64,000 nucleotides of DNA from Octopus vulgaris (lineage: Eukaryota), in contig OX597817.1 in the NCBI GenBank assembly GCA_951406725.2, forward strand, positions 76,198,001-76,262,000. Direction: 5' to 3'. The notes beneath the pieces are model-generated. The model was not told the DNA's origin. It was given only the letters and a program-made list of their open reading frames with translations, and did no database searches. A program made the position numbers and the translations under genes. This document shows, in pieces, positions 9,193 to 23,299 of the stretch (its first letter is position 1; each line of letters begins with the position of its first letter).

Positions 9193-9550
9193 GGCGCAGG
9201 AGTGGCTGCGCGGTAAGTAGCTTGCTTACCAACTAATATGTTTCCAGGTTCAGTCCCACTGCTTGGCACCTTGGGCAAGTGTCTTCGACTATAGTCTTGG
9301 GCCGACCAAAGACTTGTGAGTGGATTTGGTAGACGGAAACTGAAAGAAGCCCGTCGTATATATATTTATATATGTGTTTGTGTTTGTCGCTTGACAACCG
9401 ATGCTAGTGTGTTTATGTGCCCGTAATTTAGCGATTCGGCAATAGAGACCGATAGAATAAGTACTAGGCTTACAAAAGACATAAGTCCTGGGGCTACGGT
9501 GCTCCAGCATGGCCACAGTCAAATGACTGAAACAAATAAAAGTAGAAGAG
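9193..9550 (+). mobile_element. SINE family B, uninterrupted
   Basis: Same head, B box and CAGTC-aaat-GACTG tail as 1023/5261. Confidence 0.9.
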
Positions 9551-9667
9551 TATATATAAAACATTCGAGTATTTACACTGTTAAAACTATCAATTAAAAA
9601 TATTCACCGCAGATGATATTGACAATAGTAACATCTTACGTCGAGTGTAAATACTCGAATATTTTTG

Positions 9668-9710
<43 letters not shown>

Positions 9711-10835
9711 CACCATGTGGATCGGCTTGGCGCAAAAGAAGTCATAACCTTATAAAGTCATAGATTTATAAGGTGACGGAGTTAGAATTTTTATCAGTGA
9801 CTCATATTGAAGAAGGTTGAGGCCCTTGGGACAGAATCTGAAACAATTGTATATGATTATCTGAATGGCATATTCTTTAAAGGTGAGCATTTTTAATGTC
9901 TTAATACTTTATCCGTTTTCTCGCCTGCTTTTGTTTTTCTGTTATTTGCTACCTTCCGGCGGTTGAATTAGGAATTTAGCTTCTATTTCTAAATAGGCTG
10001 ATGTTTTTTTTCCGCATCCTCACGCCTTGTGCTAATTTTATATATCCATACAAACATATATACAAAATTACGTGTAAGGATTGCTAAATTCCAGAATAGA
10101 CTGAATTAAATATGTTTGTAAGCCTGAGTGTCAATAATTTTACAATATAATAAAAAGTAAGAACTCAAATCAATAAAATAAATAAAAACTAGTATAACGG
10201 TCATAAAATATTCTTGTGCACTTTTAATGACAGTAATCTAAAAAATTTTTTTTTATATATAAAAATCTAAAGAATACACTAAGAATTTATGGCGGAGTGG
10301 GAAATATCTTCTTTATGTAATATATACTTACATGGTGTGCAAAAGTGTACGTACGCCGCTATATATATATATATAAATATAAAAAATGGAACAAAAATGA
10401 AATAGAGGACAGTAAAACATCCGGACAGATAGACGGGTCATTCGTGGCCTTCTGTCGTCAATCAAGTTTCCAGATTTGTCTGTACAGCTTCGGGCAGTTA
10501 CACTTGAAACTGTTCAAATCTGATTGCCCCCCAAAAGTCTAAGCTTAGAGCATTAGATTTTTTGTAAGAAACCAAGCGAATGTGTACGACAACAAAGACA
10601 CAAAAACCAGAGAACATGTTATACAGTTACAAATACAAACAACAAGAATTATAACAAGTGTCTTTCGACTAATGAGAACGAATCAAATTGACCTGGCGTG
10701 TTTAGAGTGAAAGCCTGGAGGCAGGAACATAGAAGATGGACATAAGAGAAGTTGGTGATCCCTTTACTAGTTTCAGTCACTGGACTGTAGTCATGCTGGA
10801 GCACCACCTTATATATATATATATATATATTTATA

Positions 10836-11711
10836 TGTAGGATGTTCGGGATAAATATGACAGTTTGCAATAAATGAAAAGAAAACAAAATATACCATCC
10901 AAAAATAAACGTATCTTAAAAGACAATATAACCTACATTATATCCGGGAGATAACAATATCCTCAAATTAGTTGCTCTTAGTTTCCAGTACGACATCAAG
11001 ACAGTTATGGAACCTAGTGCATCCTTTCCCCACTGTGTACCTGGAGAGACTTCCCAACATCTCCTCGATCTTGGCAACCAGCTCGGCCTTGCTGTCGAAC
11101 GCAGAGTGGTTGTTGCCTTTCACAATCGCGACCCATACATAGTCATCCATGGGATTAGAATCGAGGAAATTAGGAGACCATAAAATTGGGGCTGGTGAAA
11201 TCGAAGAAGTTTTCCGACAATCACTTCTCACTCTTTCTGGAGATATGGTATGGAGCCGAATCCTGCTACCGCAGATATGACCTTCTAGCAACAATCTTTT
11301 ACAATCAGAGACTGATCACAGACTCCAGCAGCTACACATGACCGTCTGAATTGAACCTAAGGTCCTTTTCAAAGATGTGGGGATGAATCTCGGCGTGCGG
11401 ACGTTGTCCGGACAAATGCTGAGTGCCGTTCTGCTGATAACGGCTTCGTAGTCTTCGTTGTAACTGTCCATGTCACTCCTTACAGCGTTTATATTGTTGA
11501 CAGAGTATTGAGCAGTATTGTGGTACCGGAGCAAATCATTATGATAGAGGTAGCTCTTTTCCAATATTTAGATGGCTTCCATTGATCCATGTCAGCTAAC
11601 TATTTTGTCAATTACAATTTAAATCATAATGCTTTCCAACGCCGTTGACAGTTCTGCAATACAGTAAGCTGTTCTTGAAGAAAGACAAAAATTTAGTCCG
11701 GATATCCAATA
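10836..11711 (-). pseudogene. Internally deleted Tc1/mariner transposon
   Basis: Minus-strand WSPNFLDSNPMDDYVW resembles the WPPxSPDLNPxD motif. Imperfect TIRs at ~10838-10856 and ~11691-11710, in TA context. Confidence 0.72.
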
Positions 11712-12791
11712 AATATATATATGGACACACACACGCACCCTACCCCATTTATATATATTATATCTATCTATATATACATTAGAACATTCATAAATATATG
11801 CATCCATAAATAGATGTATCTGTTTTAATCGTCTGAATTCTTCCTACAAAGGATGCGCTAGTTTCCAACGCAGCAACAAAAGTTCGATCACTGGAATTTG
11901 AATAACTCAAATGATAACCATATTAAGTTTAACTTCGATATTTTTACTGTTCCACTTATGGATTGTTTTTGTAAAGTACTCGCATACTAGTCAGATTCTT
12001 TAGCTTCAAAGTCCTAGTTGCTCATAAAGAACAGTTCAATAATTATTGGGATAAACGTAAATTTATAATCAGGAGGGAGAAACTGAAAGTTATGAAGTCT
12101 CTATCCATGTTTTCCGCTTCTCACTAACTCTGAGGAAAATGTTTACATCTTCAGAACAGCTTACGTCTAAGGCTGCCTGAGATTTTCTTTCTTGTCCCAA
12201 GCAATTATATATGGTCTGTAATGCTACCAGTTGAGTTAGGTCTCGTTGGTAATGTTCCACCAATTTTAATGAGTTATGGATTTATGTATTGAATGATAAG
12301 GCCATTGCAATTTTTATCAAAGAATATTCTTTATTGCATATGACATTGTATATTGCGTTAACAACACAAAGCAGGTAGTAGGACCTTCATGACATTTTTG
12401 GGTATCTGCTGTTCAAATGTGTATATCTTCTATGGATGTGTACCATAATCAATATTTTCAGTTGGAAGTGGGACGCATGAGAGCAACACACTCACTTTTC
12501 ATGAATGGTTATTAGCCATTTTCAGCTTCTCGATTGCAAAATTTGACTTTCAAAATATAACGTGCGGTAACCGACATTTTATCATGTTATCATTATCCTC
12601 AATTTCACTGAGAACATACCAATATTATACAGAAAGCTTCACTTACATGTCTTATTAAGGCGCGCCAGTTCTCCAATTCTTGGGTTGTGTGTGAGGACTG
12701 AATATTTCTTGAGTGATTCATTAGAGACCCGTTGGTTGTTTCTCTTTTCCCTTTGCACGTCTAGGACTTGGTGTATTAACATAGTTGAGAC

Positions 12792-12892
<101 letters not shown>

Positions 12893-14170
12893 TGTATGTG
12901 TGTGTGTGTGTATGTGTGTGTATATGTGTGTGTCAGAGTTAGCTCATTATTTTTCAATCAATTGTTTAGATAAATGTCGCTTTAAATTGGAGTATATATA
13001 TAATTATGATACATTAATTTTATAGTCATTATTCTGTTTGCATATATATATATATATACAGGTATGCCAAAGAAACAGCCAAAGATGTCGGTATATTTAC
13101 GCCCCCGTAACGTAGCTGTTCGGAAACATAGACGATAGAATAAATGCTTGGATTAAACAAATAAATCCTGGGATTGAACTGCTCGGTAAAGCAATGTCGC
13201 AGTCAAATGATTGAAACAATTGATAGAGTAAATGAATGCAATAAATACAAACACTGCGCTTGCCGGATGGGGTAGCGATTGATTATATGTACGTCTATGT
13301 ACATATTTATATGTCGTGCATTTAATTTCATTAACTCGTTGCATAGAAGTGTTGAAAAGTGTGTGTTTGTAAAAAGATATGAGGCGATAAGCAAATAAAT
13401 GTTCGAGAATCTGTGCATTAGAACAACGTCAATAAGTTAATCACAAGAAACTGTTTATGTGAATGAATGTGGTTTTTTGTAGCTGTGCACAAATATCAAT
13501 AAATATATGGAGAAGAATGTAATAAAAGGTCACAAAACCCCAAGTAAATAATACATGTTACGTAGTTAGAGACTGATAAAACGTTTACGCACTTTGAGAT
13601 CAGAAGAGATCTCACGAAATCCATTTCGTAACACTTGCTAAATTAATTAATTGCTACTAAAAATATAATTTATTTTTAATTAGTTTCATGGATTTAGGCG
13701 AAACACTTCAAATAGTAATGAACAACAGCAATTACTTGATTACAAGCTAAAGAATGTGAAGATTTTGAGATGAAACGCACATCACACTTTCTGAAATTAA
13801 AACCAACACGAAAAATTTTAAGAGTTTTATTAAGGGGGTAACTGCAATGATGACTATATTTTAATGATAGTGTAGTTTAGCTTTTACTCTAATATCCACA
13901 CACACGCATGCGCACGCACACGCATTTACGTATGTATAAATATACATACACAGATGCATAGACAATTATATATACATATGTATATATGTGTGTACATGTA
14001 TATTAATGTACATGTATACACGTGTTATATATCATTAAATACATCGTATTTATATACACATACATGCAAACACGTATATATTTAAATATTTCTACAAGTA
14101 TGTAAATACATGTATTTTTACACATGTGCTATATACATGTGTATGTATGTGTGTATATATAAATATACAT

Positions 14171-14201
<31 letters not shown>

Positions 14202-14202
<1 letters not shown>

Positions 14203-16628
14203 CACCGGACCACAGACTTTATTAGAAGAATCAGGTGGGCGGCCTACCATTTCGATAACCCGGAGAAAAGCAACCCCAACTCTAACCAAGAAGAAATAGC
14301 ACACAGGAAGATATTTAAAAGCAGAAGAAACCCACCCTCTAACTACGCACTGGAAAATTTTGAAAAAGACTTAATCGACCTCATCACCAACATCAACATT
14401 AGTAAACATAAGACCATTTCCAACACCCACTTAAGGAGCCTTAAAGATTTCCTGCATTCACTTAGGAACGATGATAGTCTTATCATACCCGCCGACAAGA
14501 CTGGGAACTGTTATAGGCTAGACTACCAAACCTACAAATCGCTCATCATGAGGGAACTTAGCAAAAAGTATAAAACTACTTCTACGGATAACCTTAAGGA
14601 AATTAACTACAAAATCAAGGAAATTATGAGCAAATTAGACCTCCTGGACAGAACAGAACCTATTAAACCACAAGTACCCAAAATTACTATTAAAGACCAT
14701 AAGAAAGACTTCCCAGATAGTGTAGGAGTACGATTAATCTGTCCGACTAAATCGGATATCGGCAGACTTAGCAAGACTATCCTGGACAAGGTGATCCCAC
14801 ACATCAAACCCCACATCCCACTCCAACTATGGATTAACACCGACGATGTGCTAGAATGGTTTAACACTATCACCAATAGGCCCGACTACTCATTCATCCA
14901 ATTCGACATAGCTAGCTACTACGCCAGTATATCCCCCATCTTACTTAACAAATCCCTTATTTTTGCCCGCAACCTTTCACTCATAGACAGAGAAAAATTG
15001 ACATAATTCTATTAGCTAGAAAAACCATAATAGAATTCGACGGTAGACTCTGGACCAGATCCGATACCCCCGACAATTTCGATGTGGCTATGGGCTCGAG
15101 CGATTCAGCTCAGGTGACTGACTTGGTCGGGGCCTACCTGCTCAAGAAGCTTTTCTCCGAGGTACCGGATCTTCAGGGGGGTCTATACAGAGACGACGCT
15201 CTCTTCATATACCCCACCAACAATAGGAGTAAACTAGAAAGAATTAGGAAAAAGATCAGGCTTTTTTTCAAATCCTTCAATCTTAAACTAGAATTTATGA
15301 CCAATACTAAAATAGTAAACTTCTTAGATGTTACGTTAGATTTGAATAAGCACCTTCACCACCCGTATAGGAAACCCGAAGAAACTACCAAATACATCCA
15401 TACCTCTTCCAACCATCCACCCTGTATAATTAGCACCACGGTCCAAGCCATCTCAGACAGACTGTCAAAACTATCCTCTAATAGAGAAATTTTCAATAAT
15501 CATGCACAACACTACAACCAGGCTCTCTATAGTGCCGGGTATAACCAGAGAATATCATATGTAGACCACCCGGGAGCGTCCGTCGGCCATAAGACTCCCA
15601 ATTATAATCGAACTCAGCACTCAACTCACACTAGCGATAATTCTAATTTAAACTCCAAACAACGTATAGGAAATAGGCGAACTAATAGAATAGCACACAA
15701 TAGTAACCCTCCCGACGAGAGCAATATAGATCCTATTAGGAGAAATAGAAGGGATAATAGCAGATTACGCAAATATATATGGTTCAACATACCTTTCAAC
15801 TTAGCAGTTAGGGGTAAGTTATGTAAGAGAATATTCTCTATAATTTCCAACAACTTCCCACCCACCCACAAGTATAGAAGTATCTTCTCCAACAAAACTA
15901 TTAGGATTTCCTACTCTACCCTGCCCAACATGAGCTGCCTCATAGCTAAACATAACTATATTAATATTAGAACAGCTAGATCAAGAGCAAACCATAGCGA
16001 CCAACAGAACCCCCCTCATCTAGACAGTAGACAATATAACCAGACTGGCAGCCATACTACCCAAACAGTTAGTAATAACACCCGCCAACACAACAGAGGA
16101 AATACTACACCCATCAACAACCAGGAGGATACCAACGCCCCCACTCGTATTGCAACACCTCCGCCTGGGATTAGCAGCACACGACCGAATAATGCAATGC
16201 AATGCAACTGCAGATGTGCATCAAAGTGCCCGCTGCAGGGCGCATGTAGGGCGAAAAACGTAATATACTCATGTGAGGTGAGTACTCAGTTTAACACACT
16301 CACCTATATTGGTTGCTCAACCTCCTGGAAATCCAGATACTACAACCACCGGTCCTCGCTGAGACACAGACATAAGGCTAACAGCACCTCCCTCTCTAAA
16401 AGAATTTGGGAATTAAAAGACAAATGCATAGGCTTCAAACTCAGATGGTCCATCATCGGATCAGCTGCACCTTATTTAAATAATAGAGCAGGATGCCAAC
16501 TATGTTGTGTAGAACTCCTGAACATCCTGAAATTCAAAGACAAACACAATCTTATTAACAAAAGGTCAGAGTTCAAACCATCCTGTATACATAAACTTAT
16601 TAATACTTTCAAATACTACAATGCTTAG
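14202..16628 (+). CDS. PLE reverse transcriptase-GIY-YIG polyprotein (one frameshift at ~14990-14998, 5' end missing)
   Basis: Motifs IIPADKTGN, FIQFDIASYY, FDVAMGSSDSAQVTDLVG, LYRDD, VNFLDVTLDL, CNCRCASKCPLQGAC and NVIY..TYIG..R..H. The second frame is open from ~14997 into ORF 15084-16628. Confidence 0.9.
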
Positions 16629-18496
16629 GTCTTATACCAACTCCCCCATGCAATTTCCTCCCACCCGGTGCAACCTGTTGGCTCCAGCACATCCCGCTTT
16701 CCTATATGTGCGTATATATGTGTATGTGTGTGTGTGTGCGTATGTATGTGCACATACGTGTACGTATGTGTACATATATATATATATATGTACATGTGCG
16801 TGTGTGTGTGTGTGTGTGGGTGTGTGTATGTGCATATACGGTTCCCTGCTTTTTCCTCCTATATATACAAATTTTGTCTCCCATATATGACTTCTTTTCC
16901 CTATATCTATACCCTTTCACATTTCTAACTCGGATGTTGAACGCACACCGCCAAACTCCACTTCCCACCCTTCCAATTTTCAGTTCCTCCCGCCCGCCCC
17001 TACGTTTAACACACACCTCTAACTTTCAACCACCTTCATCTCATGTTAAACTTTACCAAATTATACTTTTATCTTATTTTATTTTATTTTTATTTTTATT
17101 TTTACTTTTATTTTTACTTTTATCCTACTTCCATTTATTTTTATTTTTAATTTTATTTTTACTTTTATTCTACTTCCATTTATTCTCATTTTTATTTTCA
17201 TCCCTTACCTTAACTCTTATAATTTTTATAATTCTTATATTTCATTTCTAACTATTACATCGTATTTCTTATTTTATACTGTATTTTTTATTTCTAATCT
17301 TTACCCTTACCCTCATTCTTACCCATAACTTATCGCTTTACACCTCTATATATGTTTATTTACTTACCTATGGATCCACTTTTTGACTATACGAGCGTCC
17401 GCGTACGTGTGTATACGCATACATTCATACGCACGCGCATATATGTACATGCATACTTCGATATCTTATAGCTATACCCATGTGCGCGTGTGTCTCTGTG
17501 TGTGTATGTGAGTGTATATGTGCACGCACATACGGACACACAGCCGTGTGTGCGTGCACGTATAGACATGAGTACGGGATTCTTTACATACGTTCTTATA
17601 CACATCCTTTAATATCTTATACCTAGACCTAGAGGCGTGGGCATATACGTGTGTGTATGTAGTGATGGGCGCGCGTATATACATGTGAGTGTGTACGCGT
17701 ATAATGTCCGTGTATACATGCGGATATTCTGTTGTATGTATGTGTGTGTACGCGCGTGCGTGTGGGTGCGTGTGTGTTTATGTACGTGTTCACACGCGGG
17801 TGCGTGTGTATGCTTATAGGCTTGGAGGCGTATATGTACGCGTGTATGTGGGTGTATGTATCCATGATGATATGTATGTACTAGAAGTCCATTTAATTCA
17901 AGGAACCAGATTAAATGCTCATCAGCTCTGATTTACAACGCATTAGGTCCCCAGACGAAACTGTTGATTTACTGACAATTCTACAACTAAATTTTATCAA
18001 TCTCCTGACCACCATGCTTGGTCCGTAACCTCTATACATCCCTTATCTTTACATTCTTTTACACTTTTATCATGTTTTTATCAGGTTTTTTTACTTTTAT
18101 TTCTATTTCTATTTTTTTTTACTTTATAACCTTATGCCTTTACATTTATTTATATTTATTTATATTTATTTATATTTCTTTATACCCCCTTTACATCTCC
18201 TTACAACTCTTTATATCTTTATCCTCTACATTTTTATATCATTCTATACTTACACTTTTTATACATTTTTTATCCCTCGTCCCGAACTCTCGCCCCTCCA
18301 TCTTCACCTCTATATATGTATTTATTTATTTACATTACCTCAACATCCAATTTTCCTCATTCTACATTGAGAGAAGAAAGAGATGGGCGCTTCAATTCTA
18401 TGCTGCTGCCGCATTATGTCGTACGTGAATGAGAGGATTTGCATCCCCAACCAAGAATTTTTGATGTAACACATGTCCTTGTGGAAGCTGTTGTGC

Positions 18497-18570
18497 GCGG
18501 CTGAAGAAGGCCACAGACATACATTATGCATTGTTATAAATCTAATAAAGGCCCGAAACATATGTACCGC
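18497..18570 (+). ncRNA. Type I hammerhead ribozyme at the PLE 3' end
   Basis: Helix I GCGG/CCGC, core CTGAAGA, helix II GGCC/GGCC, then GAAA-C-ATAT-G-TA with palindromic helix III. The first pair of helix II is an A-C mismatch. Confidence 0.8.
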
Positions 18571-18677
18571 TGAGTCCTTCGCATCATGTTTTTATTTCAT
18601 TTTGATCAATTTACTCCACCACCTACACCACCAAACGGTATACACAGGTGCTTATAATTATCAAGTACTCACCCCGA

Positions 18678-18729
<52 letters not shown>

Positions 18730-18746
18730 ACATATATAACATATAC

Positions 18747-18785
<39 letters not shown>

Positions 18786-18790
<5 letters not shown>

Positions 18791-19096
18791 TTCGATTTTT
18801 GGATTTGGTTTGCAAGAGTCTTTATATAAGTTCGTGTGTTCAAGCATATTCTGTTGTGTCTGGGGAGAGTCAATTTCTTTTTCTGCCTTATAATGTAACA
18901 CACTCACCGATAAAATTTCCACTTTTTTCTTTTTCTTCTTTTCTTCATTTTCCTAAAATTTTCGTTGCGTCTTGCAACCTTTTTAATAGTTTTGACTCTC
19001 TTTAGGAAAATAAAAATAAGAACAAAGTGAAAATTTTGCCGGTGAGTGTGTTACAATATAAGGCACAAAAAGAAAATGAGTCTCACCAGCCACAAC

Positions 19097-19100
<4 letters not shown>
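18786..19100. repeat. PLE pseudo-LTR-like repeat with inverted partial copy (also 22168-22404, 63855-64000)
   Basis: GTTGTGTCTGGGGAGAGTC..CCTTATAATGTAACACACTCACCG is repeated and inverted. The minus strand has hammerhead-like TAAAAAG-GTTGC-AAGAC-GCAAC-GAAA. Confidence 0.6.
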
Positions 19101-19168
<68 letters not shown>

Positions 19169-19657
19169 TTCATTCTCTGAATGCATGTATGTATGTATGT
19201 ATGTATGTATGTATGGTGGGTGGATGGATGGATGGATATATGAATGTATGAATGGATACCTTCCCATTTACCATCCCAATAATTACAAATTTTAGCCAAG
19301 CAAAGAGCATTGCACGAAAGTATATTTGTAGTTGGAACATTTTCGAAGCTTTCAGTATTAGATGTTAAAAAGAATAATAATAATAATAATAAATTCTGTA
19401 AATTACTTGTGTACAATTACACTGGACATTATGATACAGTGTGCGCACGCAACTATATTAGTGTGAGGCTATAAATACACATCGATCGAAGCTGTTACTA
19501 TACAATTCAATTTGAAAGTTACGAAATGCTTCGATTAATTAATTGCAGGAAATCGAGTGAAACGAAAATCAATGATTGAAATATTTGAATGAATTAGACG
19601 TTAATTGATTGTAGTAATGTGTAGACTTTTTATTTCTACATTCCTTTCAATGCAAGG

Positions 19658-19709
<52 letters not shown>

Positions 19710-20060
19710 GCGATAGGCTTCTTTGAATTTCCGTCTGCCAAATTCACTCATAAGATCTTGATTGGCCTCAGGCTATAGTAGAAGCCAATTGCTCAAGTTG
19801 TCAGGCTCAAGGTGAACCCGGGACCATGTAGTCGGGAAGCATGCTTCTTACCTTACATCCAATTCCTGCACCTAACTTCACACGTGCTGTTGGTGATTTC
19901 CTTTCCTTTTGGGGGCTAATTCTTTTCTCCTTTCCGACAAAGGGCTATACTCCAAACGTCAAGAACTCTCTCTTTTTTATTGAGCGTCAAACTAATACAT
20001 CCTAGTGCACATCCTCTTGTATCTTATTCGTAATTTTATTGTTCCTTTCTTTGAATTGAC

Positions 20061-20096
<36 letters not shown>

Positions 20097-20097
20097 C

Positions 20098-20292
20098 GCC
20101 ATGATAGATCGTTAGCTCCTACACGCATTTTTCTCTCCTTGTTTCTCTCCTTGTTTTTTTCTGTGTATCTTTCTGTCGAAGAGCGTAGAAGACTTGTTCT
20201 ATTTCCATTCCTGAGCGCCATACTAATAAATACATTTGTGTTTTTGTACTCCACCAGCCTTCGTCTTTTGTTTCTTTTCGTAAACCTTCCCG

Positions 20293-20345
<53 letters not shown>

Positions 20346-20520
20346 AGGGGAAGGTTTACGAAAATAAACAAAAGACGAAGGCAGGTGGAGTACAAACAAA
20401 CAAATGTATTAGTATGGCGCTCAGGAATAGAAATAGAACAAGTCTTTTACGTTTCGAGCCTAATTTACAGAAAAACAAAAGACGAAGACAGGTGTAGGAA
20501 CAACAAGCAGGTGTATTACT
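20098..20520. repeat. Inverted pair of PLE-terminal-like repeats around (TA)n (related copy 62958-63076)
   Basis: ~20190-20294 is the reverse complement of ~20345-20446. Contains GAAGAGCGTAG(GCTCGAAACGTAA) hammerhead remnants. Confidence 0.7.
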
Positions 20521-20869
20521 GCGTGTTGTGTGAATGTGTAAAGATTATCACAATTTTTTTGTGTGCACCTTTTCACATTTTTGTTGATATCATACAACTA
20601 GTGTGTAAAGTTTTAACCACGTTTTAATACAAACTCGCAGACGTACTCCTTCACACAAAGAAACACGTGCGCGCGCAAGTAAAACTCGAAAAAGTCAATG
20701 AGGGATGATCGAAGAGGAAAGTGTCAGAATTGAATATTTTCATCCTCTTCCACTACACATTATTTCAGTATAGACGCTATTCGGAAGAACAGCGCCAGCT
20801 GGTCTTGTAAAAGGAAACTTGTGGGTCATGAATAAAAAGGACATCAACAACAACAACAACAACAGTAAT

Positions 20870-20937
<68 letters not shown>

Positions 20938-21494
20938 CAAGCAGAAGAAGAAGAAGAAGAAGAAGAAGAAGAAGAAGAAGAAGAAGAAGAAGAATGATAA
21001 TAACCCTTACGACTAAAGACATACGCCTCAAATTGTGGGGGAGGGGGATGGTCGGTTGCAACGTCCCCAGTATTTCACTGTACTTAATTTATTGATCCCA
21101 AGGGGATAAAAAGACAGAGTCGATCTCGGCGGAATTTGAACTCAGGACGTAGCGGCCTACGAAATGCCACTAAGCATTTCGCCTGGCCTGCTGACAATCC
21201 TGTCAGTTCGCTACCTTAAGAATGATGATAATAATAATAATAATAATAATGGTTTCAAATTTTTTCACAAGGGAAGCCATTTTGGGGGAGGGTATGAGTT
21301 GATTACTTCGACCCCAGCGTTCAATTGGTACTTATTTTATCGATCCCGAAAAGATAAAAGGCAAAGTCGACCTAGGTGAAATTTGAAATCAGAACCTAAA
21401 ACGAACGAAATGCCACACGGTATTTTTGCCCGGCAAAAAAGACATGGCAAAAATCACGGCCTACAAATAGCAAAGACAAATAGCAAAACCCCAG

Positions 21495-21970
21495 CAGACA
21501 TCGAAAATGAAGATTGCAAAATCTCGTGGTATGCTATGAGCCATTGCGATCACCTGACCAAGTATCGGAAACTGGATGTGGTGAATAAAAAAGAAAGAAC
21601 TTGCTTGATAATCGGCATAGCATCTGATGACAACAGGATCAATGAGAAAAATAAAAAAGACTGAATAACTACGATGATTAGCAGTGGGAAATACGAAGGT
21701 AGTGGTCAATGAAGAGAGTAGACGTGATACCAATAATAATTGGTTCACTTGAATGTATCAACGCTCAACTACCAACATGGCTCAAAAAGATTGTTACTGA
21801 TGTAAAGAGAGAACACCTATAAAATTCTGCATTGCTTGGAACTACATGAATTCTTCGTTGAATTCCTGAAGCATTACCAGTAAACAAGTGTCACCTTAGT
21901 CTGCTGGTTGTGGACAGTTGACGCTTTCCATCACACTCATCAAAATAAACTGAGTGTTTTAATCAAATAA
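21495..21970 (+). pseudogene. 3' end of R4/Dong-like non-LTR retrotransposon (restriction-like endonuclease)
   Basis: Degenerate ENEDCKISW..CDH...RKLDVV..KERTCLIIGIA..IPIIIGSL..SALLGT, ending directly in (TAA)n. Confidence 0.7.
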
Positions 21971-22849
21971 TAATAATAATAATAATAATAATGATAATAA
22001 TAATAATAATAATAATAACAATAACAATAATAATAATAATATAATAATAATAGTAATAACAACAACAACAACAACAACAACAACAATAATAATAATAATA
22101 ATAATAATAATAATTTAGGCATAAAAGTTTTCGTTCGTCATCAACTGAGGCAGGCTTCCTGGCTATCATGTCTCTTTTCTGTTGTGTCTGGGGAGAGTCA
22201 TTTCTATTTGTGCCTTATAATGTAACACACTTACCGGTAAAATTTCCATTTATTTGTTATTTTTATTTTCCGAAAATGTTCGTTGCATTTTGCAACCTTT
22301 TCAATAGTCTTGAGTCAAGAATCTCCCCAGACACAACAGAATATGCTTCAATACACGAACTCATATAAAGACTCTTGCAAACCAAATCCAAAAACGAAAT
22401 ATGTCTCTTTTCATAATAGTGCAATGTATTTAAATATTAGGATATAGTTTTTTTTTAGCTTTGTCTTGGTCCTATGGACGCAGTTTGGACTAATGGTATC
22501 GCATGCAGATGTTTAACAGCTGGGTCAAATCATTTTGGTTTCTTCTTACTCACTAACGTTAGATAATTGTTTGCATGTAGAATAACAGTATAAATACGTT
22601 TCTAACTTGTGTTTCTTTTCTCGTCAAATTTCAGATGATGTGTTATATTACTATTTTGTTTTACTTATAGCTTCAATAGTGAAAACTTGTTTGCGTTTCC
22701 GCGATGCACCCATTCAAACCCACCGATACCGGAAATCTTGTTAAGTTTGTGGTAAAGATGATAAAGTGATAGTGTTAGTAAAAATAATAATAATATAAAT
22801 GACAGCGGCAGTAGTAGTGATGGGGATAGTCATAATAATAATAACGATA

Positions 22850-23032
22850 CCTTCTACTATAGCAACAAGGCCTGCAATTGTGGTGGAGGAGGATAGTCGA
22901 TTACATCGATCCCAGTACTTGACTGGTACTTAATTTATCGACCCCGAAAGGGTGAAAGGCAAAGTCGACCTCGCTGGAATTTGAACTCAGAATCTATAGA
23001 CGGACAAAACACCGCTAAGCATTTTGCCCGGC
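22850..23032 (-). mobile_element. SINE family A (further minus-strand copies ~21040-21430, 30860-31070)
   Basis: Reverse complement of the family A core. Confidence 0.8.
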
Positions 23033-23299
23033 GTGAGACCAAGTAGTGACGGAAAGGATTAATGAGGAGGTGAGCCATCAGTTGTATATTTTGTGCTTGC
23101 CTTATTGTGTTGGTCTGGAAGGAATGTCTCGATAGATTCCGGTGTTGGCGACTGAATGCTGTAATTAGGTTTAAAATATAAATACTTATGATCCATTGTG
23201 ACTAAACCGGAAAATCCATTAAACGTGCTTGGTGAGGAAGGTGATGGATAGATATCCTGTGAGAAGGAAAAAAAGACTCGCCAAAGCGTCGATGAACTC

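Larger units (their letters stand above)
14202..18680 (+). mobile_element. Penelope-like retroelement (Naiad-like), 5'-truncated, inserted in (TA)n
   Basis: RT plus C-terminal GIY-YIG endonuclease. ~2 kb 3' extension ending in a hammerhead motif. (TA)n on both flanks. Confidence 0.88.

Noticed and set aside
14110-14201. ORF start at 14110 as the PLE N-terminus
   Set aside because: Translated TA/TG microsatellite. Real homology starts at ~14202.
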